64,000 nt of DNA from a virus, in the IMG/VR virus record IMGVR_UViG_3300033153_006744, positions 1 to 64,000 of that record, one strand, 5' to 3'. A program made the position numbers and the translations under genes. This document shows positions 58,662 through 64,000 of this stretch, piece by piece (positions within the stretch are counted from its first letter, which is position 1; each line of letters starts with the position of its first letter). Below the pieces are notes generated by a model. That model ran no database searches and was not told the origin of the DNA. It was given only the letters and a program-made list of their open reading frames with translations.

Positions 58662-59414
58662 TTAACCCTTATATTCGTCGCCTAAAATTTGCGGTAAATG
58701 ATCACCAATACTCATTGTTCCCGTCATAATAAATCCTTCACTTTCTTTTTTTGCAACTACATTTTTTTTATCAACAGGAGCTGCGTTATCAGCTTTGCTT
58801 AATGCTGAAGGATTAGATTTTGTTAAATCAATTTTCTTGCTTAATTCTTCATTTTGTTTAGTTAAAGCTTCAATTTTTTCTTTTAATTCTGCTTTTTCTT
58901 TGTCTTCTTCCGTCTTTACAACAGGAGCAACCGTTTTTTCGTCTTTTTCTTTCAATTCGTCAAAGTTTTTAAGTAACCCGTCAATCTTTTCATTCATCAT
59001 TTTAAATGCTACTTCAGGGTCAAAAGCTTTAGGTTCAGTTTCTGCTTTTACTGCAACATCAGCCTTAGGTTTATCTAATGCACCTTCTAGCTCTTTAATC
59101 ATGCCATGTACAGCATCAACAGCGTTCTCTTTTTTGTCATCTATAACTTTCTCAATGTTTGCTTTTGTTAAAACTTCTTTTGCAAGACCTAGTGCTTGTG
59201 CAAATTCAATTTCAGTTCCTTTATTTTCTTTAAAGTCTTTAAAGGCTTTTTGCAACGCTTTCGCTGCATTATCTAACATGTTTTCAAAAAAACTATCTTT
59301 GGGCTCAGTTCCTTTGTCACCTTTTACAAGTGCAAAATTTTCTCCATTAGCTCCTTTATCTACAAAAGAAACTTCAAGACCCAACAATTTCATTAACTCT
59401 TTAAAGTTTTCCAT
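58662..59414 (-). CDS. Scaffold protein with N-terminal protease-like EVSFVDKGAN motif
   Basis: Charged coiled coil directly upstream of the capsid gene. Confidence 0.7.
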   Translation of the reverse strand: MENFKELMKLLGLEVSFVDKGANGENFALVKGDKGTEPKDSFFENMLDNAAKALQKAFKDFKENKGTEIEFAQALGLAKEVLTKANIEKVIDDKKENAVDAVHGMIKELEGALDKPKADVAVKAETEPKAFDPEVAFKMMNEKIDGLLKNFDELKEKDEKTVAPVVKTEEDKEKAELKEKIEALTKQNEELSKKIDLTKSNPSALSKADNAAPVDKKNVVAKKESEGFIMTGTMSIGDHLPQILGDEYKG

Positions 59415-59423
59415 TTCTTACTC

Positions 59424-61400
59424 CTACTTTATATATTTTATTCCACCGATAGAATACGAGTTTATCCTACCTTCCATTATACCAGCAATTATTTTTTTGT
59501 CAAACAATTTAGTGACTAATACCCAATCACCCTTTTTTATTTTATAATTTGATCCTGGATATGTAAAATTTGTTTGCGCTATATAACTTTGCAAAACACC
59601 AACCTGTTTTTGTTTGTCTAAAACTTTTGTATGTTGCAATGCCATGTGGGCATAATTCATTAACCAGTTTTCAGCGGTCTCTTTTACAACTTCTGGACTA
59701 TATTTTTCACCTTGTTTGTCTACTACGCTTGGTCTTAAAACAACGCCAGCAACAGTTAGTTCTCCATTATCTCCAATAGCCTTACTCATTACATCTATAT
59801 TAATCTTTCCGTCTGATTTCGATGAGGTTAGTTTCCATAAATTATAAGCTGTTCTATTTAATTCATAATCATAATCGAATGCTTTTATTAAATAGCCAAC
59901 CTTATCATTTTCGTTTTCTTCTTCAAAATCAGAAAAGCAATCAACATTATAGCTTATTATCTTAAAATCATCTTCTTTAACATCCTGATCAAAAGATTTT
60001 GACAATATTTCTGTCCATATATTGCTTTCTATCTTGTCACCTATAATCCCCTTGAACATTTTTCTTTGTTGTAAATATAAATCATCTCCATCTTTTTCAA
60101 AGACTTCAAATGCTGTTAGGTTGTTATTTTGATAAATTAAAGCAAAGTCTTTTTTGAATGGAGTATTTTTTAATTGTAACTGAGCCTTTATCAGCAAGCC
60201 AGTAACATTAGAACTTCCAGTTATGTCAATTTCTTTGTTTTCTTGAAACTGAAACATGCCATTTTCATTAATTATTAAATTATTAAAATCAAGTCCAACT
60301 GTTTTTAAATTAGCTTTTAATTTATTCTTTAACTCTAATCTCTTTGTATCATCTTCTATTGTCCAATATATGTATTCAGACGGAACTCTATCTTCAACTA
60401 CTTTAGGCAACCCAGAAAAACCAAAAGGAGTAACTATGTCATCTTTAGTTAAAACATAAGGCTTTAGATTATTGCTAGTTTTTGAAACCCATTCACCTTT
60501 TTCATTTATTCTAAAAAACAATCTACCATTTAAATCTTTTCCTTCAGCGAAATATTCAACATAATCATTTGATTTATATCCACATTCTACAGTGCATGCA
60601 CCAGCAACAACAGCTTTTTCAAACTGATTAGATTCTCTTCTATAGTTGTTAGTTGTATCGTTGAAAGGTAATGATCTAACTCCATTTTGAAGAGGCTTAA
60701 ACCACTTGTTCCCTTCTTCACTAAAATTTTCAGCTATATAAGGCATGTCTACATTGTTCTTGGGAATGCTATTAGGCTTATTGTATAAGTACCAACTAGC
60801 AACATTGGCATCATCTTTTACATTAGGTAAGATATAATTAAGTAAAGTCTTGTATTCTTCTGGTGTGCCTATAACTTGTAATAAGCCATCTAATTTACCT
60901 TTGAAATAAACTTCAACTGAATTACTGTCTAATGTTGCCTTGCTCATTATATCTCGCTGGAAATCATCCCATTTTTTAGGAGCTATAATTTGCGTATCAT
61001 CCATTAACGACATTCTAATTCCATCTAAAATCATTATGCTATTTTCAAGTACATTCATGTTAAAATCATATTCGTTTAATTCACCATTCTTGTTAGCTAA
61101 AAAATCAACAATATAAGCTAATTTTTCAAGATAAAATTGCTTTTGCTCAGCTATAGATAATGAATAAAACTTAACATCCCTATCATTATCTGATAAAATA
61201 AAACTTTCTTCACAATCATCAGGCCTAACTATTAAGTTGTTATATAAATATCTAAGGGTGTCATCTGCTCTCAAGATAAGTATCTTTATGAAAGCCAACT
61301 TTTCACTTTGAGAATTGTTGTTTATCCAGTTCTCAATTAAAAATTCCTCTAAACCATAAATTGCGTATAGTTGCGTAATATACTTTCTTAATGTTTCCAT
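59424..61400 (-). CDS. Large protein with C-terminal XkdF-like prohead protease domain
   Basis: VAGVVLRPSVVDKQGE...LQH...QSYIA...KKGDWVL...GRINSYSIGG. Confidence 0.8.
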   Translation of the reverse strand: METLRKYITQLYAIYGLEEFLIENWINNNSQSEKLAFIKILILRADDTLRYLYNNLIVRPDDCEESFILSDNDRDVKFYSLSIAEQKQFYLEKLAYIVDFLANKNGELNEYDFNMNVLENSIMILDGIRMSLMDDTQIIAPKKWDDFQRDIMSKATLDSNSVEVYFKGKLDGLLQVIGTPEEYKTLLNYILPNVKDDANVASWYLYNKPNSIPKNNVDMPYIAENFSEEGNKWFKPLQNGVRSLPFNDTTNNYRRESNQFEKAVVAGACTVECGYKSNDYVEYFAEGKDLNGRLFFRINEKGEWVSKTSNNLKPYVLTKDDIVTPFGFSGLPKVVEDRVPSEYIYWTIEDDTKRLELKNKLKANLKTVGLDFNNLIINENGMFQFQENKEIDITGSSNVTGLLIKAQLQLKNTPFKKDFALIYQNNNLTAFEVFEKDGDDLYLQQRKMFKGIIGDKIESNIWTEILSKSFDQDVKEDDFKIISYNVDCFSDFEEENENDKVGYLIKAFDYDYELNRTAYNLWKLTSSKSDGKINIDVMSKAIGDNGELTVAGVVLRPSVVDKQGEKYSPEVVKETAENWLMNYAHMALQHTKVLDKQKQVGVLQSYIAQTNFTYPGSNYKIKKGDWVLVTKLFDKKIIAGIMEGRINSYSIGGIKYIK

Positions 61401-61408
61401 TTTAACTC

Positions 61409-62365
61409 CTATAAGACTGGCAATAATGTTGATCTACATCTATGATGAGCAGGTGGCAAATTAAGTCCATAACTTTCAATCATGCTCATATTTACACCTG
61501 TTTTGCTATTACCTATGTTAATTGTATTGTTATTTACTTTAACCTTGAAATTAATTGATTTATCTCTGGCTGCAGTTTGTCTAACAAAAGGGCTTTTCTC
61601 AAGCAATTCTTCACCTGTCATGCCCATTTCTTCATCTATTCTGTTAACTCCAGCAGCTACACTAAACCTTCTGCCATTCATGAATTGACAATAATTTGTT
61701 GTTGCCTCATCTAAAACGGATGTATATTCATAAAATTCAACTCCAGCTTGACCATAAGTCATTATTTCTGAATAATTTTGAGACTTTGCAACCGCATTTG
61801 AAGCTACAACTTCAAAGTATTTCTTTTGATTTTTAGAGTAACTTCCTGTTATTTCCTTTTCTAATGCCCTTCTAATCGTGTTTATACCTAAGCCCTTATC
61901 AAGTCCTTTTTGTATAATCTTCTGTGCTTTACTGGACATGCTTTTGTTTATAGTTCCCATGTTGTCTTTTATAAAGAAAGATGATGTGCTTGATATATGC
62001 TTAACAACATTTTGGTCTTTTTGATCCCAGCTTGTTTTAGTGTTTAATAATTTAGCTGTTATTGTTTTGTTTCTTTTAAATAACGCTTGGGAAAAAGAAT
62101 GTATAATATTAAAAGACATGTTCTCTATTTTTGTATTGTTTTCTTCTGTAGATCTATTAAATAAAGTTTCAAAAGAATTCATTATGGCAGTTAGTTGTCC
62201 AGTAGTCATTTTAGTGTAATTATATCTTTTCAGCTCCCTTATTATATCTTTTTCATTTTGTGTTGTAAGCACACGTGTATTTCTCATTATTTTATTAGTC
62301 AGTCTTCTGTATAAAATATCGTAAGTTTGTTTGATGTATAGTCTATTCTTTTTCTCTATTGACAT
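61409..62365 (-). CDS. Minor head protein (Mu gpF / SPP1 gp7-like)
   Basis: SVLDEATTNYCQFMNG...PPAHHRCRSTLLP. Confidence 0.88.
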   Translation of the reverse strand: MSIEKKNRLYIKQTYDILYRRLTNKIMRNTRVLTTQNEKDIIRELKRYNYTKMTTGQLTAIMNSFETLFNRSTEENNTKIENMSFNIIHSFSQALFKRNKTITAKLLNTKTSWDQKDQNVVKHISSTSSFFIKDNMGTINKSMSSKAQKIIQKGLDKGLGINTIRRALEKEITGSYSKNQKKYFEVVASNAVAKSQNYSEIMTYGQAGVEFYEYTSVLDEATTNYCQFMNGRRFSVAAGVNRIDEEMGMTGEELLEKSPFVRQTAARDKSINFKVKVNNNTINIGNSKTGVNMSMIESYGLNLPPAHHRCRSTLLPVL

Positions 62366-63908
62366 TGTTTACCAGTTCATTTATTTGTTCTATTTCTTTA
62401 ATATCTAATTCATTCATTTTTTCAGTAGGCAATAACCCAAGTTGAGCATATTTAGCACTAATCCAGCCCCACAAATCATTAACCTCATCAAGAGGCACCT
62501 TAAAGTATTCACTTAATTCTGCTCTAGCTTCATTAGGTGTAATAGCTCCTGAGTCTAATAGTTTAACTATTTCTTCTATAAATGCACTATCTCTCAATCT
62601 AACACCAAGAAGATAAAAATTAACCATTGTAGTGCCTATTACAGTATCTAAAAACCATGTCATGGTTACATTGAAATCATTTCGCTCTGGCTTAAATACT
62701 TGATTTTCTGCTGTTTCCAGAGCTGCATATGCAGTAGCTCTATTTATTCCATCCGTATCACCTGTAAAGAGCTTAGATAATCTAAAGCAAGACCTAATGC
62801 TTTCTTTTATATTTTTAAGAGCTTTGACAAAATAGTCATCTCTTTTAACTTGAAGTGGATTTATATCAATCTTCACGCCTTTTCCATCACTTCCACCGCT
62901 TGTCTTGCTTTCCGTAATAATTGGTTCTTTTCCTTTTATAGATCCTGTCCTGAGTCTTTTGAAAAACTTCTTAAATTCATTTTTAGAATCTTTTGTTAAA
63001 GAACCACCAGATAAATTAATCCAATAGTTAGGCATTTTGTTTGTTTGTAAGTCTTCTAAATCACCATTAGCATGATATATATATGTTAATGATTCTGTTA
63101 TGGCTGGCTCATAGCGAGGTACACCATATTCAGTATCATCTATGCTCTCTAATTTAAAATGTAATATTTCAGTTGCAAGTAAATCTTCATCTTTTATCTT
63201 TTCTGACTCTATAGCTTTATTGTAATCCTCTTCAGTTTCATATATGTCACCAGTTTTTTGCATGATATATCTAGGATCACCAAATTCTTTATAGAAAATA
63301 TTATATTTTATATCTTTAAATACATTAAAGTTCTGCAAGTCATCAACTGTTTTAGTTTCATCTATCCCAGAGTTTATTGTTTTCTCTGTTTTTATATATT
63401 CAACGTTTGGTTGTATTCTAATGTTAACAGATTTAAGACATGTTATTTTATACACTTGTTTAGCGTCATTTTTCCAAATATCCCAATAACCATTACCAAA
63501 GGATTCTTTCTGCTTAAATGTCTCCTTCAATAGACCCTGAAAGCCATCTTTATCCGTAACCCTTTTTAAAAACAGCTCTACTTCTAGCTTGTCTTTCTCT
63601 CTCTTTAACTCTAAATCTTTTTTTATTATCAAATATTCTTTGTCTGTTAATACTTTGCCAGTTTCAGCGTGATATTGTAAGCTAATTAATTTCTTAGTTG
63701 ATTCGCTTTCTAGCTTATATCTATCATTTAATTCATAACCTTGTTGAGCTATATTTGAAACATAAGCATTTATATTGCCCCTAACCTCAGAATTAGATCT
63801 ACAAATTAAGGATAATAAATGTAATGGATAAGGAGGGTTTTGCAATAATTCACCTTCATTTTTGCCATTCAGAGCATAAGTCTTTCCAGTTTGCAAAGTA
63901 TCAGGCAT
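62343..63908 (-). CDS. Portal protein
   Basis: FGNGYW, EILHFK...YGVPRY, NRATA...FKPER, ITPNEAR. Confidence 0.9.
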   Translation of the reverse strand: MPDTLQTGKTYALNGKNEGELLQNPPYPLHLLSLICRSNSEVRGNINAYVSNIAQQGYELNDRYKLESESTKKLISLQYHAETGKVLTDKEYLIIKKDLELKREKDKLEVELFLKRVTDKDGFQGLLKETFKQKESFGNGYWDIWKNDAKQVYKITCLKSVNIRIQPNVEYIKTEKTINSGIDETKTVDDLQNFNVFKDIKYNIFYKEFGDPRYIMQKTGDIYETEEDYNKAIESEKIKDEDLLATEILHFKLESIDDTEYGVPRYEPAITESLTYIYHANGDLEDLQTNKMPNYWINLSGGSLTKDSKNEFKKFFKRLRTGSIKGKEPIITESKTSGGSDGKGVKIDINPLQVKRDDYFVKALKNIKESIRSCFRLSKLFTGDTDGINRATAYAALETAENQVFKPERNDFNVTMTWFLDTVIGTTMVNFYLLGVRLRDSAFIEEIVKLLDSGAITPNEARAELSEYFKVPLDEVNDLWGWISAKYAQLGLLPTEKMNELDIKEIEQINELVNNVNREKE

Positions 63909-64000
63909 TCTAACCTCCTATAGTTTTTTCGTAATCTTCTAAAAGTTCATTAGGAGTCATTTTATCTACAACCCTTTTTATCATATTGTTGTTTTCTATT

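Larger units (their letters stand above)
1..64000 (-). mobile_element. Contractile-tailed bacteriophage or prophage genome segment
   Basis: Portal, capsid, sheath, tube, tape measure and baseplate genes plus a typical early region of small ORFs; single coding strand; no host housekeeping genes. Confidence 0.97.

Noticed and set aside
58795-59547. 250 aa plus-strand ORF and other plus-strand ORFs (e.g. 2805-3242, 38989-39453, 48817-49377)
   Set aside because: S/F/L-rich antisense shadows of K/E-rich minus-strand genes; no RBS or motifs
63910-64000. 3' end of a probable terminase large subunit
   Set aside because: Only about 29 codons visible with no diagnostic motif; supported by position alone

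Overview
An AT-rich, contractile-tailed (myovirus-like) phage or prophage segment with essentially all genes on the minus strand. In transcription order (right to left) it holds: portal, gpF-like minor head protein, large XkdF-type prohead protease fusion, scaffold, major capsid, and head-tail adaptors. Next comes an inserted cassette with its own promoter (49874-55613) encoding an array-less type IV-B-like CRISPR-Cas effector: Csf2/Cas7 with an apparent Cas11-like insertion, a CysH-like protein, Csf3/Cas5 and Csf1/Cas8-like. An IbrA/IbrB-like pair (PAPS-reductase fold plus ParB) is nested inside this operon and overlaps the cas genes. Then follow sheath, tube, chaperone, fibre/adhesin genes, tape measure, baseplate and a lipoprotein. 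The left 20 kb is an early/replication region of small ORFs with a DnaA/Hda-like AAA+ protein beside an origin-like sequence, ERF, a PD-(D/E)XK nuclease, a Rha/antirepressor, RuvC-like and ThyX-like genes. Non-coding signals include six dispersed sigma70 promoters with a covarying 5' leader hairpin, a candidate plus-strand sRNA with an anti-Shine-Dalgarno loop, an RBS-sequestering antirepressor leader, and a stand-alone copy of the tail-fibre tip. No CRISPR array, tRNA, rRNA, integrase or reverse transcriptase was seen. All family calls come from motifs recognised by eye, not from database searches.
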